A stretch of 32,260 nt of DNA from Candidatus Aminicenantes bacterium (GTDB taxonomy: Bacteria > Acidobacteriota > Aminicenantia > UBA2199). Positions within the stretch are counted from its first letter, which is position 1; each line of letters starts with the position of its first letter. Of the stretch, positions 1 through 8,617 are shown in pieces. The stretch spans positions 1 through 32,260 of the forward strand of contig JAPKZM010000159.1 of assembly GCA_026393775.1 (NCBI GenBank), given 5' to 3'. Position numbers and translations under genes: made by a program. Below the pieces are notes generated by a model. It saw nothing but the letters and a program-made list of their open reading frames with translations. It was not told the origin of the DNA and searched no databases.

Positions 1-537
1 ATGGCCCTGGCCCGGGTCGGGGTCGGCTCCCTGGTCATCGCCGATTTCGATGTGGTCACCCGTGAAAACCTGAACCGCCAATATTACTTCCTCGATCAGG
101 TCGGCCAGAAAAAGGTCCTGGCCCTGCGCGACAACATCGCCCGCGTCAATCCCGACGTCGCGGTCGAGGCCCACGACCTGCGTCTGGGGCCGGACGAGGT
201 GGTGCACATTTTCAAGAACTGCACGCTGATCATCGAAGCCTTCGACCGCGCCGACATGAAGCTGATGATCATCGAAACCGTGAGCGAGCGTTTCCCCGAC
301 AAGTTCATCATCGCCGCTTCGGGACTGGCCGGCTACGGGGAGAACAACGCCCTGCGCACGCGCCGCCTGGGAAGCTTGTTCATCTGCGGCGACGAGACCC
401 GCGAAGTGTCGCCCGAAATGCCGCCCCTGGCTCCGCGGGTGGGCATCGTGGCCGCCATGCAGGCCAACCAGGCGCTGGAAATTATTTTGGATGACCTGGC
501 GCTGGTCGGCGACGACGATGCCTGGGACGAGCTTTAA
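1..537 (+). CDS. thiF: ThiF/MoeB-family (E1-like) adenylyltransferase, 5' end cut by window edge
   Basis: ORF is open to base 1. The translation resembles the ThiF family (VGVGSLVIADFDVV..NLNRQ). A ThiS-like gene follows 11 nt downstream. Confidence 0.75.
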   Translation: MALARVGVGSLVIADFDVVTRENLNRQYYFLDQVGQKKVLALRDNIARVNPDVAVEAHDLRLGPDEVVHIFKNCTLIIEAFDRADMKLMIIETVSERFPDKFIIAASGLAGYGENNALRTRRLGSLFICGDETREVSPEMPPLAPRVGIVAAMQANQALEIILDDLALVGDDDAWDEL

Positions 538-548
538 CGGGGAATACC

Positions 549-752
549 ATGAAAATATCCTTGAATCATAAAGAAGAGAGCATGGCCGGCGAATCGATCA
601 GCGTGCGCGAGCTGCTGACCATGATGAAATTCACTTTCCCGCTGATCGTGATCAAGATCAACGGACAGCTGATCAAAAAAGAAGATTATGAAAGGGTCTT
701 TATCGGCGATGGCGACGCGGTGGAAGCCATTCATTTGATCAGCGGCGGCTAA
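549..752 (+). CDS. thiS: ThiS-type sulfur carrier protein (ubiquitin-like, C-terminal Gly-Gly)
   Basis: 67 aa, ends in ...HLISGG followed by a stop. It has the INGQ..I core typical of ThiS and sits directly downstream of thiF. Confidence 0.8.
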   Translation: MKISLNHKEESMAGESISVRELLTMMKFTFPLIVIKINGQLIKKEDYERVFIGDGDAVEAIHLISGG

Positions 753-1168
753 AGCGAGTTCTTCCAGCGGCGGACGAAAAATTCCTCGATGCTTCTTTTC
801 TTGTACGGCCGCCCCAGGAATGTGTGCCGGCAACCCATGTAGGCGGCGCATTCGAACGGCTTGACCGGGTGAATGGTACAGAGTCCCTCCTCAGACAGGA
901 ACACGCAGCGCCCTTTTTCCCTTTCGTAATAATCGGGAACCGTACTGCCCGGAGCGGCCAGGAAACGGCCGGCCTTGATTTTGGCCGGGGCCAAAAAATG
1001 GATGCGGCTGTTCTTTCCCGCGGCCGGGATGCGCACCAGGTAAGCGGCTTTGAGTTCCCTTTCGCTGATCTTCAAGAAAGCGGTGATTTTTTTCAGATCG
1101 GCCGGAACCAGGCGGCCCGGATCGTCGCGGCAGGCGCTGACGCATTTCTCACAGCCGCAGGCCTCCAT
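749..1168 (-). CDS. YkgJ-family cysteine-cluster (putative Zn/Fe-binding) protein
   Basis: N-terminal CGCEKCVSAC cluster plus an internal RCVFLSEEGLCTIHPVKPFEC motif. It is last in a minus-strand operon, 2 nt after the patatin gene. Confidence 0.65.
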   Translation of the reverse strand: MEACGCEKCVSACRDDPGRLVPADLKKITAFLKISERELKAAYLVRIPAAGKNSRIHFLAPAKIKAGRFLAAPGSTVPDYYEREKGRCVFLSEEGLCTIHPVKPFECAAYMGCRHTFLGRPYKKRSIEEFFVRRWKNSL

Positions 1169-1170
1169 GG

Positions 1171-2070
1171 TCAGCCCCTGTTTTTTTCCTGGGCCTGGCG
1201 CTGCTGCCAGCGGCCGAGGATGGTTTTGATTTCACGGCGAGCGGTCTGCTCGCCGCGGCGGATGATCGCTGCCGGCCGGTAGAATTCGAACAATTTAAAA
1301 TCCTGTGTGTCGACATGGATGACGGCATCGGGAGCGTCGTTTTGCAGTCGGGCGGCGATCAATTTTTCCTGCATGATCTCCAAGGTGGCCAGGAACGATT
1401 CGATCAGGTTGGGCTCCTCGTCCGGGCGGCCTGAAATCAGTCTCCGGCTGAAGAAGTCATCGAGCCGGGCCAGCAGCAATTTTTCCTTGGCATTGGCTTT
1501 ATTCTTGCGCCGCGGCCGCAGGGGGCGCTGGGTAATGACGTTGACGGCGATGGTGAAGTTGCTATCGTTACGTTTCAACACGTCGACCGGCACCGGGTTG
1601 ATCAAGCCGCCGTCGACCAAATAGCATTGGTGCCAACGGACCGGCTTGAAGATGACCGGGATGGAGATGGATGCCCGCACCGCCTGCTGCAGGCTGCCGC
1701 GCGCGAAAATGACTTCCCGGCCGCGGCGGATGTCGGTGGCCGGGCAAAAGAAGGGCAGCGGCAGATCCTCGAAGCGGCTGTCGCCGAAAATGTCTTTTAA
1801 AAAGGTCTGGATCCTTTTTTCCGAGATCAGGCCGGAGCTGGAGGGCCTGGGCGCCAGGTAAGGGTACAGGTTGGAGTTTTCAAATCCCAGGGCATACGTT
1901 TCGACGGCATGGATATCGCCGCGCAGCAAATAAAGGGCGCCGATCAGGGCGCCGATGCTGGTGCCGGAGACGAGCTGGGGGAAAATGCCGTGTTCTTCCA
2001 GGACTTTGATGACTCCAATATGGGCCAATCCCTTGGCTCCACCGCCGCCCAAGGCGATGCCGGTTTTCAA
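1171..2070 (-). CDS. patatin-like phospholipase
   Basis: Has the GGGGAKG oxyanion motif, the GTSIG nucleophile-serine motif and a DGG catalytic Asp motif (LVDGGLINPVP). Overlaps the upstream dipeptidase gene by 4 nt. Confidence 0.85.
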   Translation of the reverse strand: MKTGIALGGGGAKGLAHIGVIKVLEEHGIFPQLVSGTSIGALIGALYLLRGDIHAVETYALGFENSNLYPYLAPRPSSSGLISEKRIQTFLKDIFGDSRFEDLPLPFFCPATDIRRGREVIFARGSLQQAVRASISIPVIFKPVRWHQCYLVDGGLINPVPVDVLKRNDSNFTIAVNVITQRPLRPRRKNKANAKEKLLLARLDDFFSRRLISGRPDEEPNLIESFLATLEIMQEKLIAARLQNDAPDAVIHVDTQDFKLFEFYRPAAIIRRGEQTARREIKTILGRWQQRQAQEKNRG

Positions 2071-3185
2071 TTTTTCCGCCCCGCGGACTTCACCCGGCCA
2101 AGGAAACCGGCGAGGTTCAGGCCGCAGATCTTTCTGATCTCCCTTTCCCGGAAACCCCGCTTTTGCAATGCCGCGACCAGCGCGGGGTACGCGGCGGCGT
2201 TGCCCAGACCGGCCGGCGTGGAAGGGATGCCGTCAAAATCGCTGCCCAATCCGACGCAATCGAGCCCGCCGGTGGAGGCGATATGGATGATGTGGTCGAT
2301 CACCTCGTCGATGGTGACCCGATCGGTGCCGGCGACGGAGCGCAGGAAATAGTCCCATTCCACTTGGCTCAGGAACTCGGGATCATCCAGCCGTCCCCTT
2401 GTCTTTTCCTTGATCTCTTGGGCGAAGGTGGCGAAATTTTCCTCGATCTGGTCGAAAACACGGCGTTTGACGAAAGCGGGGCAAAAATTGACCCCGATGA
2501 AACCGCGGCGGGCGGCGATGGCCCGGATGAAGTCGTCGGTCAGGTTACGCGGGATGGGGCACAGCTTCCTGGCGTTGGAGTGCGAGGCCATAATCGGCAC
2601 CGGCGTCGTTTCCAAAACGCTGGCGATGGTCCGGTCGGAGGCGTGGGAGACATCGATGGCCATGCCCATGGCAGCCATCTGCCCGACGATCTCCCGGCCC
2701 AAAGCGGTCAGGCCCCTGACCCTGGGCTTGTCGGTGGTGGAATCGGCCCAGTCGGTGTTCTTGGAATGGGTCAGGGTCATGCCGCGCACGCCCAGGGAAA
2801 AAAAGATATGGAGAATTTCGGGAGAATTTTCAATGATATGCCCGCCCTCCAGGAAGAGCCATGCGGCCAGCTTTTTTTTCCTACGCGCCGCATCCATTTC
2901 GGCCGGATCGGTGACCTTGACGGCGTATCTGGGGGCGAAGACCTTTTGTTCCATGGTCTGCAGGAGTAGCAGGGCCTTTTTCATGGCCCGGTGCGGCGCC
3001 AGCAGCGGATCGACCCACAAGGCGAAAATCTGGGCCTGCAGCCCGCCCTTTTTTATTTTCTGCAAATCGAGATGGGCCGGGTTCCTGGAAAACGACAGTG
3101 GCTGGTCGAAGAGAACGGAGGCCGTGTCGCAATGGGCGTCGAAAATGAACAGATCATGGGGCCTGGAGGCAACGGTTTTTTTCAT
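2067..3185 (-). CDS. membrane dipeptidase (peptidase family M19, renal-dipeptidase-like)
   Basis: N-terminal FDAHCDT motif, internal LTHSKNTDWADS and SHSNAR motifs, and C-terminal GLGSDFDG. All are typical of M19. Confidence 0.85.
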   Translation of the reverse strand: MKKTVASRPHDLFIFDAHCDTASVLFDQPLSFSRNPAHLDLQKIKKGGLQAQIFALWVDPLLAPHRAMKKALLLLQTMEQKVFAPRYAVKVTDPAEMDAARRKKKLAAWLFLEGGHIIENSPEILHIFFSLGVRGMTLTHSKNTDWADSTTDKPRVRGLTALGREIVGQMAAMGMAIDVSHASDRTIASVLETTPVPIMASHSNARKLCPIPRNLTDDFIRAIAARRGFIGVNFCPAFVKRRVFDQIEENFATFAQEIKEKTRGRLDDPEFLSQVEWDYFLRSVAGTDRVTIDEVIDHIIHIASTGGLDCVGLGSDFDGIPSTPAGLGNAAAYPALVAALQKRGFREREIRKICGLNLAGFLGRVKSAGRKN

Positions 3186-3314
3186 AAAATCATTTTATAT
3201 GAAATATCCGGCCGAATAAAGGCCGCGTCGTGATTTTGCCAAAGGCGGGCCGTTGGAGTAAAATGGGCATGACAACAAGCCCTGGATCGGAACGGTCGGG
3301 CCGAAGGCGGGATC

Positions 3315-4178
3315 ATGATTGGAACTGTTTTGAAGCTGGAAGATCTCAACCGCGATGATGCCTATGATTTTTCCTTCCCGCCGCTTCCGCAGCGCCTGGT
3401 CGGGATCGAAGAAAAATTTCCCGGCCTGCCGCTGCTCATCGTCGACAAGGCGCGGCGAATTGTCTGGGGGCACGACTATTTCCGCTTGCTGCAGGCCCGG
3501 GGCCAAAATGATTCTGTCGCGTTCGAGGCCGATTTTAGCGCGGCTGAGGCATTGCTGTTGAACTTCAATCTTTGCGATCGCCTTTTCGGGCTTAACCTTT
3601 ACGAAAAATTGCTCTTTATCAGAAAAATAACCCGCTGCTGTTCCCGGGAGGAGATCCGGCGCCGGGCCGACCTGGGTTTCTCCCTCAACGATGCGCTGCT
3701 GGAGCGGCTGGATGCGCTGCTGGACGTTTCATTGCGACCGCTGCTAGTCGCCGGGCGGCTCGCCTTGAAAGCGGCCCTGCGGCTGCTGGAACTCGTGCCT
3801 CCCGGGCGGAAGGCGCTGCTCGGCCTTTTCGGCAAAATCAAGTTTTCGGAGAGTCAGCAGCTGCAAATCATTCAACTTCTCGAAGAAATAGCTTTCCGGG
3901 AAAAAAAATCCTTTGCCCGCATCCTGGCGGCGCCGGAAACGACCGACCTGCTGAAGCTGGAGATGCCGCAGCAAAAGATCATGGAGGCCCTTAACCGCCG
4001 CCGCTTTCCCGCTTGCTCGCGCCAGGAGAGCGAATGGCGCCATTGGCGGAAAAAAGTATCCCTCAGCAACGACCTGACCCTGGCGCACGCCCCGTTTTTC
4101 ACCAACGAGGAAATTCAGATCTCCCTGACCGCGAAAAACAGGCTGGAAGCGGAGGAATTGCTCAGAAAACTTAAATAA
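3315..4178 (+). CDS. hypothetical protein with a ParB/sulfiredoxin-like N-terminal segment
   Basis: 287-aa ORF with coding-like composition. The N-terminal ~70 aa (..LPLLIVDKARRIVWGHDYFRLL..) resembles ParB-N-type domains. The rest is Leu/Arg-rich helical sequence I do not recognise. Confidence 0.45.
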   Translation: MIGTVLKLEDLNRDDAYDFSFPPLPQRLVGIEEKFPGLPLLIVDKARRIVWGHDYFRLLQARGQNDSVAFEADFSAAEALLLNFNLCDRLFGLNLYEKLLFIRKITRCCSREEIRRRADLGFSLNDALLERLDALLDVSLRPLLVAGRLALKAALRLLELVPPGRKALLGLFGKIKFSESQQLQIIQLLEEIAFREKKSFARILAAPETTDLLKLEMPQQKIMEALNRRRFPACSRQESEWRHWRKKVSLSNDLTLAHAPFFTNEEIQISLTAKNRLEAEELLRKLK

Positions 4179-4181
4179 ATG

Positions 4182-4203
4182 GTCCAGCCCAGCAAGGCTG
4201 GAC
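4182..4203 (+). terminator. GC stem-loop just after the 3315-4178 stop (gtccagcc-cagcaa-ggctggac)
   Basis: Perfect 8-bp stem and 6-nt loop starting 4 nt after the stop codon. There is no U-tract, so terminator function is uncertain. Confidence 0.35.
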
Positions 4204-4205
4204 AA

Positions 4206-4273
4206 GAGCCCTAGATAGCAAATTCAAAATTTGTTTTAAAAAGCTAACAAATTTAAAATTTGCTATAGGGCTC
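4206..4273. repeat. AT-rich 68-nt imperfect palindromic element
   Basis: Arms are gagccctaGAtagcaaattcaaaatttgtt (4206-4235) and aacaaatttaaaatttgctatagggctc (4246-4273). About 26 of 28 positions pair, with a 2-nt 'ga' bulge. Confidence 0.65.
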
Positions 4274-4280
4274 TAAAATA

Positions 4281-4308
4281 TTGACATCGGGGGCGATTTA
4301 AATATAAT
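4281..4308 (+). promoter_or_regulatory. near-consensus sigma70-type promoter (TTGACA-N16-TATAAT)
   Basis: ttgaca at 4281-4286 and tataat at 4303-4308, with a 16-nt spacer. The -10 ends 18 nt upstream of the 4327 start codon. Confidence 0.5.
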
Positions 4309-4326
4309 AGTATACGAGAGAACAAT

Positions 4327-4695
4327 ATGAGTTCAACGGCTGTAATCATTATTTTCGTGGTGGCCCTGGTCTTTTCCCTGGGCTTTCTGCTGCTGGTCAT
4401 CACCCTGATCCCGGCCATCCAGCAGTTCAAGTCCATGATGCTGGACCTGGAAAAAACCTCGTTCGAAGTGCGCGACTTGGCCCGGGAATTGAAGCAGGTC
4501 AGCGTCATGGCCCAGGAACGGCTGGAAAAAGTCGACCAAGTGCTCGCGCAATCCAAGCGCACTGTGGAAAATGCCGGCGAAGCCCTGCACTTCATCAACC
4601 AGAACGTGCTCCGGCGCTCGGCCGGATTGCTGGCCTTCCTGCCGGCCGTCAAGATGGGTTGGAATTTGATCAAGAAGATAAAAGGAGGTAAGTAA
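4327..4695 (+). CDS. DUF948-like membrane-anchored coiled-coil protein
   Basis: N-terminal TM helix (IIIFVVALVFSLGFLLLVITLI) followed by a helical region. Pairing with a YtxH-type gene immediately downstream is typical. Confidence 0.6.
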   Translation: MSSTAVIIIFVVALVFSLGFLLLVITLIPAIQQFKSMMLDLEKTSFEVRDLARELKQVSVMAQERLEKVDQVLAQSKRTVENAGEALHFINQNVLRRSAGLLAFLPAVKMGWNLIKKIKGGK

Positions 4696-4932
4696 ATGAG
4701 TGAAAATACTGGCAGCAAAATGTTTTTCAGCTTCCTGAGCGGGGCGGCCATCGGAGCCGGCCTGGCGCTTCTTTTCGCCCCCCAGTCCGGAAGGGAAACC
4801 CGCAGGCAGATCAAGGACCTTTCCGACAAGATCGGCAGCGAAGTCAAGGACAACGTCGAAAAGATCAGCGAAAAAGCGATGGATTTTATCGAGGGTACCA
4901 AGGACACATTCAAGAAAAAGTCCCGCGTCTAG
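4696..4932 (+). CDS. YtxH-domain protein
   Basis: 78 aa with the FLSGAAIGAGLALLFAPQSGRETR motif characteristic of YtxH. It starts directly after the preceding stop codon. Confidence 0.7.
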   Translation: MSENTGSKMFFSFLSGAAIGAGLALLFAPQSGRETRRQIKDLSDKIGSEVKDNVEKISEKAMDFIEGTKDTFKKKSRV

Positions 4933-5054
4933 AGTCCCATTTTTCGCATCGGGCCGATCGATGGAATTTGCTTCCGATGAACGCGATGGATCATTCCAGT
5001 CGCAGCGCCGGCAGGTCAAATAGATTTTTTTAGCTATCCAAGGGGTTTTCAAAA

Positions 5055-6698
5055 ATGAATAAAAAAGAATGGGAAGAGCGCGTTTTAAAAAAAGCCCTGG
5101 GAAAAAACAGCGAACGCCGTAAAACTTTCAAATCCACCTCGTTTCCGGTGCAACGCCTCTATGATCCGGACGCCGTGGCCGATCTGGATTATGAAAAAGA
5201 CCTGGGCTATCCCGGCGTCTATCCCTTCACCCGCGGCGTCCAGCCGACCATGTACCGCGGCAAGTTTTGGACCATGCGCCAGTACGCCGGCTTCGGTTCG
5301 GCCGAAGAATCCAACCGCCGCTACCGCTATCTGCTCGAGCAGGGCCAGACCGGCCTGAGCGTGGCCTTTGATCTGCCGACCCAGATCGGCCTCGATTCCG
5401 ACAACCCCCTGTGCGAAGGCGAGGTGGGGAAGGTCGGCGTAGCCATCGACACCCTGGCCGACATGGAGATCCTGTTCGCCGAAATTCCCCTGGACAAGGT
5501 TTCGGTCTCCATGACCATCAACGCCTCGGCGGCGATCGTCCTGGCCATGTACCTGGCCATGGCCGAAAAAAGAGGCATCGCCTTCGATCAGCTTTCCGGC
5601 ACCATTCAGAACGACCTGTTGAAGGAATACATCGCCCGCGGCACATACATTTATCCGCCCCGGCCGTCGCTGCGCATTATCGCCGACATTTTTTCCTTTT
5701 GCCAGGGGCGGGTCCCTAAGTGGAACACGATCTCCATCAGCGGCTACCACATCCGCGAGGCCGGTTCTACGGCCGTGCAGGAATTGGCCTTCACCTTCGC
5801 CGATGCAGTGGAGTACGTCAAGTCGGCCCTGGCTTCCGGGCTGAAAGTGGATGAATTCGCTCCTCGTTTGTCCTTCTTTTTCGCCAGCCACAACAACCTG
5901 CTGGAAGAGGTGGCCAAATTCCGTGCCGCCCGGCGCATCTGGGCGCGGATCATGAAGGAACAATTCTCGGCCGGCGAGAAAGCGCAGATGATGCGTTTTC
6001 ACACCCAGACCGGGGGCGTGACCCTGACCGCGCAGCAGCCGATGAACAACGTGGTGCGCGTGACCCTGCAAGCCCTGGCCGCCGTCCTGGGCGGGACGCA
6101 GAGCCTGCACACCAATTCCATGGACGAGGCCCTGGCCCTGCCCAGCGAGGACTCGGTGCGCGTGGCCCTGCGCACGCAACAGATCATCGCCCACGAGAGC
6201 GGCGTGGCCGACACCGTCGATCCTTTGGCCGGCTCGTACTATGTGGAAGCGCTGACCAATGAAATAGAAAAAGGGGTCTGGAAATACCTGAAAAAAATCG
6301 CCGCCATGGGGGGCATGCTGGAAGCCATCGAAGCCGGCTACCCGCAGAAGGAGATCCAGGACAGCTCCTACGCCTACCAGAAGGAGATCGACGCCGGCGA
6401 GCAGGTGATCGTCGGCGTCAACAAGTTCCAGAGCGAGGAGGACCTGTCGCACCTGAAGACCCTGAAGGTTTCCCCCAAGAGCGAGGCTGAGCAAAATGAA
6501 CGCTTGCACCTGGTGAAAAAGAAAAGAAATCCGGAAGCGGTTGCGGCCGCCTTGACCGCGGTCAGGGCGGCGGCCGAAAACGGGCAGAACCTGATGCCGC
6601 CCATCCTGGAGGCGGTCAAGGCCTACGCCACGTTGCAGGAAATCGCCGACCAGATGCGCGCCGTCTTCGGCGAGTACAAGGAAAAGATCGTTATTTAA
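5055..6698 (+). CDS. methylmalonyl-CoA mutase-family large (catalytic, substrate-binding) subunit, no B12-binding domain
   Basis: Has the motifs [33 protein letters not shown] and [17 protein letters not shown]. 547 aa, which is the TIM-barrel part only. Confidence 0.85.
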   Translation: MNKKEWEERVLKKALGKNSERRKTFKSTSFPVQRLYDPDAVADLDYEKDLGYPGVYPFTRGVQPTMYRGKFWTMRQYAGFGSAEESNRRYRYLLEQGQTGLSVAFDLPTQIGLDSDNPLCEGEVGKVGVAIDTLADMEILFAEIPLDKVSVSMTINASAAIVLAMYLAMAEKRGIAFDQLSGTIQNDLLKEYIARGTYIYPPRPSLRIIADIFSFCQGRVPKWNTISISGYHIREAGSTAVQELAFTFADAVEYVKSALASGLKVDEFAPRLSFFFASHNNLLEEVAKFRAARRIWARIMKEQFSAGEKAQMMRFHTQTGGVTLTAQQPMNNVVRVTLQALAAVLGGTQSLHTNSMDEALALPSEDSVRVALRTQQIIAHESGVADTVDPLAGSYYVEALTNEIEKGVWKYLKKIAAMGGMLEAIEAGYPQKEIQDSSYAYQKEIDAGEQVIVGVNKFQSEEDLSHLKTLKVSPKSEAEQNERLHLVKKKRNPEAVAAALTAVRAAAENGQNLMPPILEAVKAYATLQEIADQMRAVFGEYKEKIVI

Positions 6699-6702
6699 AT
6701 AA

Positions 6703-6800
6703 GTGATTCGTGATTGGTGATTAGTGATTTGATAAGAAATTCAGTGAATTCTTCTTGTTTTGCTTTTTTCCAATTACTGTTCACTAATCACTAATCACTA
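6703..6800. repeat. inverted arrays of 7-bp repeats (GTGATNN x4 / ATCACTA x2-3) around an AT-rich spacer; probable terminator region
   Basis: Left arm is gtgattc gtgattg gtgatta gtgattt (6703-6730). Right arm is ttcacta atcacta atcacta (6780-6800). The spacer contains an aagaa..ttctt mini-hairpin and a T-run. Confidence 0.7.
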
Positions 6801-6845
6801 GTCGCGCCTGTTGCCCTTTTCCGCAAATGCTGGTAAAATCAGGGT

Positions 6846-7658
6846 ATGACGACTTTCTTCAAGGTTGACGATCTGGAACTTACCGACGAGCGGTTTTTCC
6901 TGATTGCCGGTCCCTGCGTGATCGAGGAAGAGGGGCTGACCCGCGAAATCGCCGCCGAGGCGAAAAAAATCTGCCTGGAACTCGGCATCCCCTTTATTTT
7001 CAAGGCCTCGTTCGACAAGGCCAACCGCTCCTCCATCCACTCCCCTCGAGGCCCGGGCATCGCCGAGGGGCTGCCCATCCTGGATAAAATCAAAACCGGG
7101 CTGAACGTTCCGGTCTTGTCCGATATCCACGAACCATGGCAGGCGGAGACCGCCGCCCACGTTTTGTCGATCATCCAGATCCCGGCCTTTCTCAGCCGCC
7201 AGACCGACCTGCTGCTGGCCGCTGCCCGTACCGACCTGCCGCTGAACATCAAAAAAAGCCAGCTGATGAGCCCGGACGACATGTTCCTTGCCGTCAAAAA
7301 AACCGCGGATGTCGGCAACCGGCGTGTTATGCTGACCGAGCGCGGCACGTTCTTCGGCTACAATAACCTGGTAGTCGATTTCCGCTCCATTCCGCGCATG
7401 AAGGAGAGCGGCTGTCCGGTGGTCATGGACGCCACCCACGCCGTGCAGCGGCCCAGCGGCGCAGGGGAAATTTCCGGGGGCGACCCGCAGTTCATTCCGA
7501 TGCTGGCGGCTGCCGGCATCGCGGCCGGCGCGGACGGTATTTTCCTGGAAATCCACCCGCACCCGGAAAAAGCCCTGTCGGACGGGACCAATTCCCTGCC
7601 GCTGTCCGACTTGCGCCCCCTTTTAATCCGCCTGCAAAAGTTGTATAATGTGCGCTGA
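6846..7658 (+). CDS. kdsA: 3-deoxy-8-phosphooctulonate (Kdo-8-P) synthase
   Basis: LIAGPCVIE, FKASFDKANRSS and DATHAVQ motifs, 270 aa. It is followed by kdsD and kdsC. Confidence 0.9.
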   Translation: MTTFFKVDDLELTDERFFLIAGPCVIEEEGLTREIAAEAKKICLELGIPFIFKASFDKANRSSIHSPRGPGIAEGLPILDKIKTGLNVPVLSDIHEPWQAETAAHVLSIIQIPAFLSRQTDLLLAAARTDLPLNIKKSQLMSPDDMFLAVKKTADVGNRRVMLTERGTFFGYNNLVVDFRSIPRMKESGCPVVMDATHAVQRPSGAGEISGGDPQFIPMLAAAGIAAGADGIFLEIHPHPEKALSDGTNSLPLSDLRPLLIRLQKLYNVR

Positions 7659-8617
7659 TGGGCAGCATTGAAACCGGGAAAAAAGTTTTAGAGACCGAAG
7701 CCAATGCCATTCTGAACGCCCTGGGCAAAATCAACCAGCAGTTCGCTACGGCGGTTTCCATCCTTTTCGAATGCCGCGGTCAGGTGGTGGTCACCGGCAT
7801 GGGCAAGTCGGGCCTGATCGGCCGCAAGATCGCCGCCACCATGACCTCGATCGGCAGCCCGGCGCTTTTCCTCCATCCGGCCGAAGCCATTCACGGCGAC
7901 ATCGGCATCATCCATCCCCAGGACGTGGTGATCGCCCTGTCCACTTCGGGAGAAACCGAGGAGGTCATCCGCCTGCTCAATTACATCAAGCGCCTGGGCA
8001 TCCGCTTGATCGCCCTGGTCGGCAATCCCGATTCGACGCTGGCCCGGCAGAGCGACGTGTTCATCGATTGCAGCGTGGAAAAGGAGGCCTGCCCGATCGG
8101 GCTGGTGCCGTCCGCCTCCTCGACCCTGACCCTGGCCGTGGGCGACGCGTTGTCCATCGCCCTGATGGAAAAGCGCGGCTTCAACGAGGAGAATTTCCGC
8201 GACCTGCACCCCGGCGGTGCGCTCGGCAAGAAATTGCTCAAGGTCAAGCACCTCATGCATTCGGGTGAGCAGATGCCGGTCGTCGATGTCCAGGCGCTGA
8301 TGGAAAATGTGATCCGCGTCATCAATGAAAAAAAATTCGGCATCGCCATCGTGGTCAAGGAAAAGAACCGGGTCGCCGGCGTCATCACCGACGGCGATCT
8401 GCGGCGCTTGTTTTTGAAAGGGATCAATTTTGCCAAGACCAAGGCCGCCGACTGCATGACCGTCAACCCCCTCAGCATTGGCGAGGACAAGCTGGCGGTC
8501 GAAGCCTTGAAAATCATGGAAGACAGGGCGGTCACCTCTTTGGTGGTCCAGGACGGCGCCAACCGTCTGTGCGGACTGCTGCACCTGCATGACCTGTGGA
8601 GAACGGAGATGATATGA
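7658..8617 (+). CDS. kdsD: arabinose-5-phosphate isomerase (SIS domain + tandem CBS domains), KdsD/KpsF type
   Basis: SIS motif VVVTGMGKSG and LSTSGETEE, with a C-terminal CBS pair. Its start overlaps the kdsA stop by 1 nt. Confidence 0.85.
   Translation: MGSIETGKKVLETEANAILNALGKINQQFATAVSILFECRGQVVVTGMGKSGLIGRKIAATMTSIGSPALFLHPAEAIHGDIGIIHPQDVVIALSTSGETEEVIRLLNYIKRLGIRLIALVGNPDSTLARQSDVFIDCSVEKEACPIGLVPSASSTLTLAVGDALSIALMEKRGFNEENFRDLHPGGALGKKLLKVKHLMHSGEQMPVVDVQALMENVIRVINEKKFGIAIVVKEKNRVAGVITDGDLRRLFLKGINFAKTKAADCMTVNPLSIGEDKLAVEALKIMEDRAVTSLVVQDGANRLCGLLHLHDLWRTEMI

Noticed and set aside
534-851. 105-aa minus-strand ORF overlapping thiS
   Set aside because: It is antisense to a clear ThiS gene ending in GG and overlaps the YkgJ gene out of frame. 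It has no supporting signals.
4933-5054. Possible cobalamin riboswitch upstream of the B12-dependent mutase gene
   Set aside because: The intergenic region is only about 120 nt, and I could not find a B12-box-like core or the multi-stem architecture.
5085-6509. 474-aa ORF on the minus strand opposite the mutase gene
   Set aside because: This is a typical high-GC shadow ORF. It is Gly/Ala/Arg/His/Leu-rich with no recognisable motifs, and it is fully antisense to a strongly conserved gene. The same reasoning applies to 7688-8590(-), 9574-10401(-), 15492-16349(-), 16947-17801(-), 18535-19326(+) and 25152-26159(-).
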